A stretch of 64,000 nt of DNA from Pocillopora damicornis (taxonomy: Eukaryota), in contig NW_020846761.1 in the NCBI RefSeq assembly GCF_003704095.1, forward strand, positions 1 to 64,000. The letters run 5' to 3'. The notes beneath the pieces are model-generated. The model saw only the letters and a list, made by a program, of their open reading frames with translations. It did no database searches and was not told the DNA's origin. Below, in pieces: positions 24,533 to 38,400 of this stretch (position 1 is its first letter; each line of letters opens with the position of its first letter). A program made the translations under genes and the position numbers.

Positions 24533-27500
24533 ATGTCGACGGCGTTCGCCACAATTTACGATTTCCTCAGCCTTGGCAATGTTTTTCTGCTGTTGTTCAC
24601 CCTGATGGTATCACATTACATCATGGTGCTGTACGAGTTCAGAGGAATGCCACCGGGTCCGCGATTTACAGCCGTTCCCGTTTTAGGTAACGTGTTTTCT
24701 CTCGATTCGAAGGCGGAGAAACTAACCGACGCTTTCCGAAGGTCAGTGAATCGTATCTTAAAATATTTAACTTTCGATTTGATATAGCCATCTTTGGTTT
24801 TGCTTTTGGCTCAAAGATTATTGTGTCGGGTATTAACATTGTGGGAAAGAACACTTTTTTTGATGACATTTCACCAAATTCTCTGGTTCAAAAATTGAAA
24901 ATTTTCTTTACGCCCATCTGCCATACAAATATTATGTAATTTCTAATCAGCTATTTGTATACAGTGTAGAATATTCTGTTTGACCACTTGACTTATCAAA
25001 CTATCCAAACATATATCTTTCGGAGCAAAACAACTCCACTACTGAGTAAACAGTCTTCTTAACTTCTGCCATGGAAACGCTTTACGGTTATTTGGCCGTA
25101 ATTGTTAAAATTCCTCTTTGATGAAGCCATAAAAAAGTTAAAAGCATATAACCACTTAATGAATTTTCCATGGAAATAGATCATAAAACAGTTAACACAC
25201 CTATTCGGAAGCGCATGATTAGTGATTGGAACATTATCAGCCTGTTGAGATGTAAGAATATTCATTTATCTACACCTAGTGTTGCCCCGCTCTCGTCATC
25301 TTGCCTCGAACGAATTCTCTCTAAAAATCCAATTTTTTAAAAAGCCGGTTAAAATGTTGTGATAAATTCAGAGCAGAAAAATGTTAATTTTAGAACAATC
25401 CAAACTACCCACATTGTTTTACATATGTGGGCTACTTAGCCATGTAATTATGAAGTAATTTTTCAGTTATTTTTAGTTGCCACTGTTTTTGACAATTATT
25501 TGTCAATAATAGTTTGTATCGCCACTAAATAAACCGTTATATATAGCTTTATTTTAATTCATGGTACAGAAATAGCGTTCCACAGCATGACTCCTGTAAA
25601 AGTGCGGTTTAATTGATTTGCGTGAGAAGTCTTTTGAGAGAATAGCTTTAAATTTGCATTTTTTCTCTTAAGTTACCGGTAATTTATGATCATAGACTGT
25701 TTTTCCATTCTATAAATCAAGAGCGATTATTCTTAAGTGGCTATGATTTCATTCGGTTTCGCATTTTAGGACTTTTTTTCCAGGCTCAGTAATTTGGAGT
25801 CCACAGGCGGTTGCAGGGTCACCATTTGCTGAATGGACAATGACGACAAATTGCTTTGTAAAGTTGCGCGATGATCGATTATAGTAATCCTGCCGTCAAA
25901 ACAATGTCTTTAAGACATTAGATAGGGATGTGGAAGATTCAGCGGCGTTGATAAAAGATTGGACAAAATTGGATAACGAAACAGACTAATTACTTTGAGT
26001 AGATACGATTATTAGGTCTTTATCGAATAATGTATTTAGCTTCAGTTTCCAAAGCTCAAATCGCGTTACTGAAATCCTCTCTTCAAAACCGCCCATTGTT
26101 AACATAAAAGAATACAAGAGCTATTTATATTTCCTATTAACATTTCTGGCGTTGTTGTTGGGGTCACCACTCCTGTCTTTTCAAACCACTGAATCCACTG
26201 TTCATCAATTGACCATTTCAATGGTTTGAAAAGTGAAAAAATATTTGAGGCTCGAATTTCTTTTTAGAGATTGAAACAAAACGCAAAGCGCTGAGTTTAG
26301 TCAAGAGAAATCAGCACTGCTATTTTGATCATTGTTTCATGAATATCATTACCGAGGCAGATGTTTAACAAACGATTCTCTTTGTTCTTTTTCAGCCTCA
26401 AACGAAACTATGGTCCTGTATTTTCGCTCAAACTTGGTAGTTACAAGTTTGTTATGGCGTCTACACCTGAATCTGTTAAAGAGATGCTAATAAAGAAATC
26501 TACTGAGTACGCTGGAAGACCACAGACATATTCAGTTCAAACTAGAACACTAGGTAAGGCCTTTTGCACATTGATTACGTAATAGGGTTCTGAAAAAGGA
26601 ATAATTTAAATCGATTATCGGAAGAAAATCCTCAGTAATGATTATTATGAAACGTTTAAGGGGCAGTTAAGGATAGGGGAAGGGAAGGACGTGAGAGAAA
26701 TTGCAAGAACGGTCGCTTCCCACCCCTCCAATACTTCGTTTGCATCGAGCATTGGATTATGGGACTTGTTGTCACATCTCTCACATACAGATTGAGGTTG
26801 TAGTTGATTTCCTTCCTTCATTTGAAGGTTTTTTGGCGATTTTATACTGCTTCTAGCCAGTGGTACAAGAAGATCACTACGCAAACTTCCTTTAGAACAA
26901 AGAAACTGAAGAGGGAGAGCCATCCCTTAGATGTGTTGCTTCACGCGCATTCATTACTCATAAACCTTTGACATTTTGACGGCAGAGAGGCAGAACTTAA
27001 TCATTTTTTTTAATTACACTGTAACTTAAGTCCGTAACATTTGTTCTGTTGCAGGCGGTAAAGATATTGCTTTTGGTAACTATGGTCCTTCTTGGAAGTT
27101 TCATCGAAAATTATTCACATCAGTATTGCGCCAGTATGTTTCCGATATTCCCCTCATAGAAAGCCGAGTCTCAGTTCAAGCTCAGAAATTGGTGCAGTTT
27201 ATGCAAGAACAAGATGGCAAACCTTTCGATCCCGCAGATTGCCTCATGAGGGGCGTTGCTGATGTCATTTGCGGGATAACCTTCGGTGAAGGTTTCGACA
27301 CAACGCACCCAGATCTAAACCAACTTTTGAATCTTTGCGCGAATATTGTGGAAAATGATGATGTGGCGAGGCTTGTTACTGTGTTGGACTTCTTCCCCTT
27401 TACGAAGTACTTGCCGATCAAGGCTTATGATCGCTTCATACAGCCCTTCTTCGAAATGTTTGGAATCATTCGCAAATTTTTAAGAGAACGCGAAGAAAAT

Positions 27501-28226
27501 TTCGACCCAGCAAAGAGCGTACAGGATTTCATCTCGGGTCTTCTTTGTGCAAGAAACGAAGCAAAGATGGCAGGCGATGGAGAAAGGTCCGCATTCCTTT
27601 CTGATGACTATCTTGTGAACGATGTTGAGGTCATGTTTGCTGCTGGCTACGAAACTACCAGCACAACCTTAAAATGGGTGATAGCTTACCTAGTTAACCA
27701 TCCAAAGTACCAGGAGGACATTCAACGCCAGTTAGACGAGGTACTTGGTGAGCGGAGTCCTTCCTTGAATGATCGTGCCAGTTTACCTCTAGTGCAGGCA
27801 GCAATCATCGAAACACTGCGACTTGGAAACGTTGGACCTCTTTTACTTCCTCATGTCACCATGACCGATACCACACTATGCGGCTACCGCGTTCCAAAGG
27901 ATACAATTGTCTTTGCTGACACAGAGTCTGTTCATCTGAATCCTAACTGTTGGAAAGATCCCACCAATTTCAATCCTTACCGTCACATCGACAAAAACGG
28001 TCAGCTTATCACTAACCAAAGTAACTTCTTTCCTTTCGGAGCTGGTCGCCGGGTATGCGCTGGGGAAGCCCTTGCTAAAGTGAAACTGTTTTTGTTTGTG
28101 TCTTGGATTCTTCAAAATTTCACTTTTGTTCCTGAAGTAGATGGCCATCCTCCCGAGCTGAGGGGCATATTTAGTATTACTCAGTTTCCCGCTCCCTACA
28201 AGATACGCGCCATACAGCGAAAGTGA
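24533..28226 (+). CDS. Cytochrome P450, CYP2 clan (CYP17-like), ~512 aa, copy A
   Basis: Exons 24533-24741, 26396-26553, 27055-28226; N-terminal anchor plus PPGP, YAGRP, WKFHRK, AAGYETTSTT, ETLR, heme motif FGAGRRVCAG. Confidence 0.95.
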
Positions 28227-28289
28227 AATATTTTTTTATAAATTGCAATTTTTGTTAAGTGCTTTAGACGAATTACAATTTTTTATTCA

Positions 28290-28560
28290 GAGCTCTTCTC
28301 GATTGAGCTTCGTGAGATTAAAAGTGAAGGTATAAAGGCAGCCTATCAGAGCGGAGGAAGGCATCACAAGGAGCCAATGAGAACTCAAAGTGAAAAAAAA
28401 AAATTAGACTACCTCGTCCGCGCGTAAAAACGCGAGTCACTAAGTCGCGATTGGTTTCAGTTTTACATCTGATTGGTTGAGAGATTGGCGTGTTTTTTCT
28501 TTCGACCATTCATATAGCAGTACAATCAAGATTTCCTTTTCACGCTAACTTAAAAAATTT
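28290..28560. mobile_element. Dispersed CCAATCA/GCGCGGGAAAACGCG repeat family (MITE-like)
   Basis: Related copies at about 2160-2380, 47320-47920, 50490-50760, 53580-53840, 54330-54560, 60660-60930. Confidence 0.7.
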
Positions 28561-29809
28561 TTGATATTAGGTTACAGAGTTGGCAATAAACAAAGAAAAG
28601 AGCAATTACTAGTGACTGAATGGATAACCAATGAACTTCGTGCACAGCCTGTATGTAGAACGCGGTTTACGAATAGACTTCAGCCCCCATAGGGCTTTGA
28701 GTCTAAGGTTCCTGTACCACTTACGAATTAATTTTTTATCCCTTCCATTTTCGGAAATTTCAAGGGTATATAGGTTAAAAACCCACCCATTAATTTTCGC
28801 GCGACCCTATAGGCTACTTTACGTCGCGCGGTAAAAAAATCACCGGAAAATTATTACACAATAAGCTACATTGACGATATTTGCCTCCGATCATTCCCGT
28901 CGAGAAAAAAAAGACAGCGGAAAAAAGCCAGCTGAAGAGTTTCACTTTTTCGTCCTTATTACTTTACATGGAAGGAAAACAAACTCGTTTGGTAGAGTCC
29001 CACTGGTAGTGACATTGAAAACTGATTTCAATCGCTGCTCAATTGCCGAAAAGAAAAAAAAAGGGTCAACGAAATTTTTCTGTCGGCCGCAGCTTCAAAG
29101 TGTTTACTTACTAACTAACCGAGCAAGCACAAAGAAATCTCCTTCAGTAGACATTCCATCTGGCCTATTCTGATTCTTCAAAAACAAAAAAGGGGATTTG
29201 AACGGGGTTAACTTTATCGATATATGTATTGATTTCTAGTCAGAAAGAGGAGCACTCTGGCTCAGGAGGTAGTAACTTGAAATATAAGACTCAGTTGATT
29301 ATAAAATTTCCTGTTATCAAACTTATCTTGTAGGAACGCGGGCTCATTTCCAGAGCAATGTCCGGTACTCGAGCCCACGAATTACCTGAATAAAATAAAT
29401 AACTAACATGTATTTTTAATTATTAGCTGAAATTTGCCGACTACCGACAAATATCGAAAATTTGAACCAACTACCGAAAAAGAAATGAAACTATAACCGA
29501 CAACGGATATAAGGACACCCACCCCCATCCAGACACTCATAAGCAGCCCGCAAACCCATGAAACATTATTCCTTAGCGACCAATTACCTTGAGTTCATTA
29601 ACATTTTTGATAAAACCTAGTGAATCCTGTTGGTGATACGGTCTCATGACCTAATTCTCTATTTGTACCTGTGTTTCGCATAAACGAGAAGGTCTGTACT
29701 AATCTCGTACCCAGATCCTTTCTCGTTACTGTCATAACCGTTGTCCTCGGAAGGTCTGGGTGGAAGTCACTTGTTTTTGAGTATGTAGCAATGAAAAGCA
29801 AAGGCAAAT

Positions 29810-30130
29810 GGTAAATGGTAAAAGGTTAAGTCTGTAATCAAGACAAGAGGTCCACCCAGCCCGAGCTTATTATGGTTTCCTTAGCATAAAGCGACCAGGA
29901 GTATCACTACTCCACCCACCCTTCCCCCCTGGATGGGGTGCTACCTCATCGCAAGGTAACCCTCCACATATCATCATGCTTCCCTGGAAATTCGCCGGTA
30001 CTCATAAATAATCTTGGGTAGGGAGAGGCACTGGGGACTAAGTTACTTTGCCAAAGGACGCAACACATTGACCTGGCTAGGTCTCTAACCGGGAATCCAG
30101 CGTTGTAACCATTTCACCACCGCTCTTCCA
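29810..30130 (-). mobile_element. SINE with a Deu/Nin-type central domain
   Basis: cctggatggggtgct...tcgcaaggtaaccc...aaattcgccggtactcat...gagaggcact; degenerate plus-strand copy at about 43750-43990. Confidence 0.6.
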
Positions 30131-30826
30131 CGTAACATAACATGGCATACCTTTATCGCCCAAGTTGCGCAAATTGACTCAGAATATGATGTAATGTTCT
30201 TTAACTACTATACAACGGTGAAATCAAAGAAATTTGTCAAAATTGCTGAGATTTATTAGCTGTAAATAGTGTTAAACGAAATGTAAAAAGACGTTCATGT
30301 GTAAAAGAAGTCCAAACACGCTTCTTCGCAGGGTACGGTCAATGTTTTACATAGGATTTACCAAAAAAATTTATTGGGTTGTGGTTATTCGTGCAGAATG
30401 TAAACAGGAAAAGATATACTGCTACAGAACACCGATTGCCTTAAATTTTTTATTTAAAAAAGGATAAAAGGTTTGAAAATTTAACAATATGGAGCCAAGT
30501 TTAAATAAGTGTGGAAAGTCACACGTGACTGCGACAGTTTTGCCTGAGAGAATATAAACTGGTTTATATACTTTTGTTTCGCTTTACTTCGTTTTGAGAT
30601 TGGTCTTGTTGACCCTTCTGATCACTTTGGATTTGGTTTTATGTACTACTCTCAATTTAAAAGTACTCTATTTCTATTAAAAAGATAGTTTCTAAGGGCG
30701 CTTTTGATGCAAACTAGCACAGTGCCGTCTCCGGCACTAAATTCTTCGTTCTATAAAATCAGCAGTCTCATATAGCGGATTTGACATCACCGATAAACAA
30801 GCCTGAGAAAGTGATATCTGAGATCC

Positions 30827-33800
30827 TCATTGTCGCTTGATGGCACGTATCTTGTAAGCAGAGGGAAATTGAACAAAAGCTCCCTTCGTGTTCACAGGAT
30901 GTCCCTCATCAGCTATAAAAGTAAACTTTTGAAGCATCCACGAGACAAACATGAACAGCTCAACTTTGGCCAGGGCTTCACCTGCACAGACACGGCGGCC
31001 GGCTCCGAAAGGATAGAAGTTGCCTTGATTGGTGATCAACTTGCCATCTTTGTCCAGGTGACGGTAAGGATTGAACACGGTGGGGTCTTCCCAAAATTTT
31101 GGATCCAGATGAATAGACTCCGTGTTGGCAAAGACGATGGTGTCCTTCGGTACACGGTATCCACACAATGTGGTGTCGGTAAGAGTCACATGAGGTAGTG
31201 CAATGGGTAATAAGTTTCCGATCCTTAGGGTTTCCATGACTGTGGCCAGCACGAGCGGCAGACTGGAGCGATCGTGTAAGGAAGGGCTCTTTTCCGCACC
31301 AATTACCTCATCCAACTGGCGCTGAATGTCCTTTTGATGCTCCGGATATCTGACCAAGAGGGCAATAACCCATTTTAGTGTGGTGCTTGTGGTTTCGTAG
31401 CCGCCAACAAACATGTCTTCGATAGTGATGACAAAATGGTCTTCAGACAGCTGAACGTCTCTCATCTCGTCGTCTGGCTCATTTTCGGTTTCGTACTTGG
31501 CACGGAGAAGACCTGAAATCAAGTTTTCTACAGGTTCTGTTGGATCAAATTCTTTTGCGCGCAATCTAAAGATCTTACGGATGATATCGTGTATCTCAAA
31601 CAAGGGCTGCAGAACACGGTCATAAACCTTAAGTGGCAAATAGCGTGCCCATGAGAAGAATTCCAAGATTGTGGCTAATCTGAGATCCTCATCGTTAGCT
31701 ATAAAATCCGCATTCAATTTCAAAAGTCGGTCCAATTCTGGATTGGTCGTGTCTTCACCCTCACCGAACGTTATACCGCATATAACATTAGCCACGCTTC
31801 GCATCAGACAATCTGAGGGATTAAAAGGCTTTCCATTTTGTTCCTCCATGAACTGCACAAGTTTCTCAGCCTGTGTTGCGACTCGCCTTTCTATGAGCGG
31901 GATATCAAGAAGATACTGTCGTAAAGCTGCAGTGAAGAGCTTCCGCTGCTTTTTCCATTGTGGGCCATAGTTACCCATTACGATATCTTTGCCTCCTACA
32001 ATTCAAATGAAACCCAGTTGTTAGGATAACATAATACAAGAGTAATCACAGCTACATTCCACAATTCTGCCAAACGTATGTTTCTATGCTGTGTCTCTGT
32101 GAGATTCCCATGACTNNNNNNNNNNNNNNNNNNNNNNNNNNNNNNNNNNNNNNNNNNNNNNNNNNNNNNNNNNNNNNNNNNNNNNNNNNNNNNNNNNNNN
32201 NNNNNNNNNNNNNNNCTCCCACTTTGGGACAAGTACCCGTGAACGGCCACTCAAAAGATACAAAGACATTTCGAGGCCAACTTAAAAAAGCTGTGACATC
32301 AACATTATCTCTTGAAGAACAGTTAGTTAATTACAACCATCACAGACAAAAGAAAAAGGAAGGAACACGCTGCCCCTCTCCCGGATGCCTATCCCTGCAT
32401 TCTCTGCAGGCAAGTCTTTTCATCCAGGAGTAATCCTCGTGCATATAAGGTCTCACTCGAATACCAGCCATTGACTAACCCGCCTCCTCGTCTCTCCCTA
32501 CAGTCTTTCTTTGTAGTCTCAATAGACAGGATATACCATTATTGACTCAAATTACCCGACCAACATAAAATGTGGGCCAGATAGATAATAACAGCCGAAG
32601 ACGAGAGACATTGCCGTTATGCTGTGGCTCTTGATTGACGATGGCAATCAGACCTAAAGGATGGCTAGTACTTGTACGCATGTAAGATGTAAGATCTCGG
32701 CACGTCTCGACATGTCTCGACACGTCTCGTCACGCTTTGTTACTTCTCGTCACGCAATGTGTTCTCTCGGGGAGAGCTTCTTGGGTGACGTGATCAAACA
32801 AGCTGCAAAAATACACCATTTGCGTACTAATGAAAATATCGCTAACTTTACTGCCTACTAACTTACCTAAGGTTTGTGTATAGAAGGCATAGGTTTGCGG
32901 TCTTCCTGCGTAATCAGCAGATTTTTTTACTAACATTTCATGAACAGCTTCGCGAGAGGATGCCATAACAAACTTGTAACTGCCCATTTTCAAGGAGAAT
33001 ATCGGGCCATAGTTTTTAGTGAGGCTAAAAATTCAACAAAGAAGCCGTTAGGGCCGATAAGTTTTTATTTGGGTGTCAAATGGTTTTGGTTGTAATACAA
33101 GTCGACACAGGTCTGAGTCTGAGGTGGTGTAATTGTTTGCTTGGAATATCTTTTTTAAGGGAAGTACATGAAGCTAATTCAGAATCAACAGGTTAGCTTT
33201 GAAGCTAGGAACCTTAAATGTTCACATACTAAACAATGATTTACGCTGCGTATTATCATTGGAAATACTGATTAGTATGTATAAGATGCATTTCTCATCT
33301 TCACCTTTTTGCTTAGGTCGTTCGAGCAATTCGATTATCATGTCTCCCAGTAGCACTAAATGTGAGTCCACAAGTAAGGATTGATTCGTTCTGGACTCTG
33401 CAAAGGCTTATGCCACCAAAAAAACTAAAAGCGGTCATAAATGTTAGAATTTTCGAGTTGCCCATGAGTATCGTTGCATTAAAATTACTCCAGCTTGGTA
33501 TCATGCATTCTTCTTTATGAGAGGTCAGCCAGAACTGACTTCTACGCCTGTTACTCGTTGGACATCTGCCTGTAGATCATATGGGCTAAAACCGATTGAT
33601 TCCCGAAGCCATACAGCAAAAATAACTTACCTTTTAAAGATGTTTGACAATGTCTCGGCCGAGGGGTCAAGCGACAACAAGTTTCCAAGGACTGGGATAG
33701 TCGTGAAGCGAGGACCTGGAGGCATGTTCCTGAATTCGAACAAAACCATAAAGTAATGTAACATTAAAAGCGAAATAAACAGTAGAAAGACGTTACCAAG

Positions 33801-33842
33801 GCTGAGAAAATCGTATATTGCAGTCAAGGGAGACGGCGCCAT
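30827..33842 (-). CDS. Cytochrome P450, CYP2 clan (CYP17-like), ~512 aa, copy B
   Basis: Exons 33842-33631, 33024-32867, 31995-30827; same intron positions and phases as copy A; GGYETTSTT, ETLR, FGAGRRVCAG; intron 2 contains an N gap. Confidence 0.93.
32116..32215. other. Assembly gap (100 N)
   Basis: Run of N. Confidence 1.
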
Positions 33843-34740
33843 TTTTGTGATGTCGAGAACTCAATGAAGCGTGGTTATTTAATCTGCATGTCCTTTTCGC
33901 CTCTTGTCACACAACTGAATCGCAGCAATTCTTGTTCTCTCGCAAAGTAAAAATAAATATTGACTCTCTTAAGGTAAGGTCACTCAAGGTTACCCGAAAT
34001 ATCGTTGACGGCTAACACAGTGACAGTTAAGGGCTTAACCATGAACTCGTCTGAATTTTAAGTCCAAAGTCCATCACCTTGCCGAAAAAAATAGAAAATA
34101 AAAAAGAAAGAAAAATGGTAATGACTGACTTTCTACAATTCTTTGAAGTTATTCCCAAATCGGCGAGTTATTTTGTAATTGAAAACTCTCTCAAATCTTT
34201 GAAACTGGGAATTTAAGGGGTTCTTTCCAAATGTACAATTACCATCGGGTTGATAATCTGAGAGGATCTGTGAATCTTTTCAAACCAATCTTATGGTTCA
34301 TGACAGTCGAACTATTTAAAGCGTACTGAATGCAGTATATTAATTGCGTGGATCGATTATTTGCATGTTGCATCGAATGATAGGAAATTCTGGAGACTGT
34401 ACAATTGGGATATGTCGTAAAAGTCAAGAATCTGTTACATTTACGTTCAAAAGGAAAGATATCCAAACGAGACAATAAAAATTGTTTCAAGTGAAACAAA
34501 ATCTTGGACAGGTGTTGGTAAAAGTTTGATATTTAAATTAACTACTCAATATGCGTTCCGAAATCCATGAACGAGAACATCAGTCACACAGTAAAATATC
34601 ACAGAATGGAAGAGCACTGCGCCAAAGTCAATTATGGTGACTTTTATTGCTGATCTTAAACCTAAACCCCTAGTTTTGATCCATACTCTATTGAACAGTT
34701 TCAAATTAAAGTAATACAGCATTTAAAAGCGAGTTACAGT

Positions 34741-35487
34741 TCAAGCAAAATGAAACTTATTCAAAGCTGGGAATAGTGACGTAACCCAAACCAAAACTAG
34801 ACTTGCACGAGAGACCAATGAACTGCCCTTAGCGTCTTTGTTACTCAGTCGTTTTTTTACCACTTCGTCGTTCTGGTTAGGACTCGTAATATTCATCTTC
34901 AAACAATCGACATCGTTTTCTTTGTAGACAAAAGTCTGGCCCCACTTTCCCTCGCAAAGATCTTTGCCATTGGTGAAGTAAGCGCTGAAGTTCCTGCAAG
35001 GCTGTTTACACGTGTTGACTCCATCGGCGCTGACGTTGAAGTCTGTCAGCCAGTTTCTCCCACAGGTTAGGTCGTATCTGCAAGCATCGTACCACTCATC
35101 ACAAAAACTCGCGCAGATAGGGGCTTTCTTTATTGCTGAAGGAAAATCTGGATTTTCCCAATAGATCGCATCGGGTGAGCACCGGTAGAAACATTCGATC
35201 AAAACCAAAAACGCTTCACATCTGGCGCTCAAGGTGTTGTTACAAGGCGTCCACGAGAAATTGTAGATGCTTTTTACTGGAGGAGGGACCAGTTGTCTGG
35301 TGAAGTCACTCGTGCAGCAGGAATTATTTTTGTATGCTTTACAAGCCAATAAGTTCTCTTCCGCGGACGCATATTTCTTGTGATTGTTACCGGGCAGACA
35401 TCTTTGTCCTATTTCATGTCCGATTGCCGCGTTTGCGATCAAAAGGAGTGAAAAGGCATGAATCAAGAATTTCACAGAAGCGTGCAT
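34741..35487 (-). CDS. Riboflavin-binding protein / folate receptor family protein, intronless, signal peptide plus GPI-type tail (copy 1)
   Basis: Cysteine pattern CLPG..H, SCC, ECFYRCSP, PICASFCDEWYDACRYDLTC, NW, DLCE..WG..F, CL.MN; hydrophobic C-terminus. Confidence 0.92.
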   Translation of the reverse strand: MHASVKFLIHAFSLLLIANAAIGHEIGQRCLPGNNHKKYASAEENLLACKAYKNNSCCTSDFTRQLVPPPVKSIYNFSWTPCNNTLSARCEAFLVLIECFYRCSPDAIYWENPDFPSAIKKAPICASFCDEWYDACRYDLTCGRNWLTDFNVSADGVNTCKQPCRNFSAYFTNGKDLCEGKWGQTFVYKENDVDCLKMNITSPNQNDEVVKKRLSNKDAKGSSLVSRASLVLVWVTSLFPALNKFHFA

Positions 35488-38400
35488 GGTTCTTCAGAGA
35501 GAGTTGAAACACGTGTTTAAACTTATATTTCTCTGACCGTCAAACTCACAAAACCGTGAAATCGAGAATATGAATATTGATTGTCGACACACAAACACCG
35601 CTATTGAATAATAGAAAGAGTTCTAGTGTGACGCAAAAACCATGGAAACAACTGAACGATTTGCCATTAGTCATGATTTTTCTCTGAAAATTGTTGCATC
35701 ATATCTTGATACCGGCCAATTGTTTCATTCAAAATTAATAAATCGAGGTAAATTACAAATGTCAGCTTTACTGTTTGCAGGACATGCTCGATCAGACATC
35801 ATTGTTATTCTTTGAATCTCTGGCACATGCCCTTTCCCATCTTTTCCTTTAAGTTATTACCATTATTTTGATTTGGCTCTCCATTACCCTAATGAACTCT
35901 TGTTTCTGATCAGAACCGCATATTTCTTTCATTGTCCCCGATGTCGTAGACGCTGCCTGGCGACTAAAGAGTCACTGGTTAAATTTTGTCACACACACAC
36001 TAAGTAAATGGAAAGTGTCAGGATAACGCAAACTAGAGCAAAGCCCCGGAATTAAATAATTTGAATCTTTCCCTATCGACTACTATTTGATTTTTGCATA
36101 TCACTGCGGGTGTTAACGTGTGGGTTCATTGACTCTACACTCGTGTCCTACCAGTTTTATAAAAGGCAAGTAGACGCCCAATATCACATGTTAGTCACTA
36201 ATTGCTTGTCAATGGATTACCACTAATAATTTATTCTTTTCTTCAAGTCACTGTGTTAATCATTGAAAATAAAACAAGATTTTCAGTAACACACAACAAC
36301 CGACTTCAACTCCGTTGGCAACATGGAAAAGAAACCGTAATATTCTTTTAAATTTCATGAGTGTGGGGTTCAGACTCCCAAAGAGCTGAGGAAATGAGAC
36401 ATGTTGTAGAAGAGGGCTTTCTCCTACTTTTAACCTAGACTCTCTGAGCACTGAGATCGCATCGCATTTCAACGCGCACATTGAGAGCTAGATATTACTG
36501 CAAAAGATATTGAGATTTTTTTAGTTTGACATCAACTTTATTCTGTTGCCTGCAGAGCAAGCGTAGTTTAAGCGAGGGATTGCTCTGTATTTCCTTAGTG
36601 AAAACTATAACTGCCTTCTTTTACGGCAGCGAAGGGCTGAGGAGAGAGTGAAATTTGTACCAAGAGGGTGAGCGACGGTCAAAAGGAAAGAAAGGGGAGG
36701 GGGTGGGGCAATAGAAATTCCTCTCGACTTCCTCACCCCCTCCACGCACCGTGCATTTTAACTCTTACTCAAACATGCCCGGCCGGATGTAAACGGTCGT
36801 TATTTACGCTTTCTCTCGTTAGTTCCGCCACAGTGCCAACTGATTAACACACATAACAGTGTATTGATAGATACAATTTACAGCTACCTAAACAATTCTT
36901 GTGTAAGTAAACTCTAATATTGAATTAACTGATAACTGAGCAAATAGGTAAAGTTTCAGCGATGCAAAAATTTGTTGAAAGTTTTAGTTGTCTAAAATCG
37001 TTCTCATTTTGACCTCGCAATTTCCATAAGCGGCTACCCTCTATGTTTGCGCATGAACTTTTGGATTTTTCAAAGATCTCTGAAATTAAGTCAGACATCG
37101 ACACTTCATCCTTTGACTTTTTTAATATTGGTGCCTGTCTCGATACCATCCTCGTCTGTACGTTGTGTTTTGGAGAGGCCCGGCAGTCTCCAGGGCATTT
37201 ATTTCCCTTACGAAAAACAACTGCAACAAAAGCACCACCCTCCCTAACTTTGATAAGAAACATGCCGCGCTGAACGTGACAGCTTACCTTGACCATGTCA
37301 CGCTTGTCAATATCCCATAGTGTCAACCATGTTCAGAGGCAGACGTTCGTAAGTGGACACAAAGTTTTCTGTCTACGAGCTAAAAGATCATAGACGTTAT
37401 TGCTGTGTGTTTACTTATATCCACTCCTGGGGGCGTCTACGAAAGTGTTCCTTTACGTTTTCGATAATGGCGTTTACGCATGGTGGAAAGACGCGACGCA
37501 TAAACATATATAGCTACGTTCACGAAACGAAACTTAAACGAGTGAACAAGGCCCTGGCATGCCTACCCTCTGTTACGGCGTGTTTATCAAACGCATTAAC
37601 AGACTGATTTTAAGATATTTGATTGGCGACTTTGTGTTCGACGTATATTGTCACCGAGAGAGGCAGACTGAATGCTGCTCGTTTCAGACCGTGTTACGTT
37701 TGTTGGCTCTATCTCTATACGAACGCTCTACCAAATACAGGAGAGGTGTTAATGAAGAGAGCAGAACAAATTGTCCCAAAAAATCGAAAAATCGCTCAAT
37801 GAAACACACGAAACAAGAGGAGAGAGAGAACTTTATTCATCTGAATGTAACTTAAGTGGAAGATCAAAGTTAACTAAATGAATCTATGAAACATTTCCTA
37901 CGATCACTTGGATTGAGCCGAGTTTAACATTTGTAACACAACAGCGAATAAACACGACAAAAGAGCTGAAATGTATCAAAAGAGATTACGTAACGTCGTC
38001 TCAAGCCTCTTGGGTGGCTGCCTGTCCCATCATCGAGAAACAGGCCTACAATGACCTGGTCACCGACCAACAAAACTTCTTTTCCGGCTTCGGGCTGAAG
38101 CTGCTTCCGCTCTGCAGCTACTTCCGCTCTGCTTGATATATTAGAGACATATGATTGTCTTATGTATGCTTTTATGAGAAATGTTTCGTTCCGCCCTTGA
38201 AAAGGTTATCCACCTAACTAAATAACAAAACATATTTTGTTTCAAATTTTATTCAACAAATAGAATTCTACATGAAACATTTGGGCTAACAGAAATGAAG
38301 ATTACGGTTGCGTAACCTCGAAAAATTTTAGATTTGCCCCGGGTTAGACAAAAATCTGACTTTCATCAAACTCTTCAAGCTACCTAAAAACTATGTCGAC

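Noticed and set aside
25190-25760. Minus-strand LINE remnant in CYP A intron 1 (..FTGVMLWNAI..)
   Set aside because: Too degraded to delimit or classify with confidence
27182-31970. Antisense ORFs overlapping the CYP exons
   Set aside because: Shadow frames of real coding exons with no independent gene signals
31996-32433. ORFs containing X runs (also 56646-57058)
   Set aside because: Artefacts of translating through N gaps
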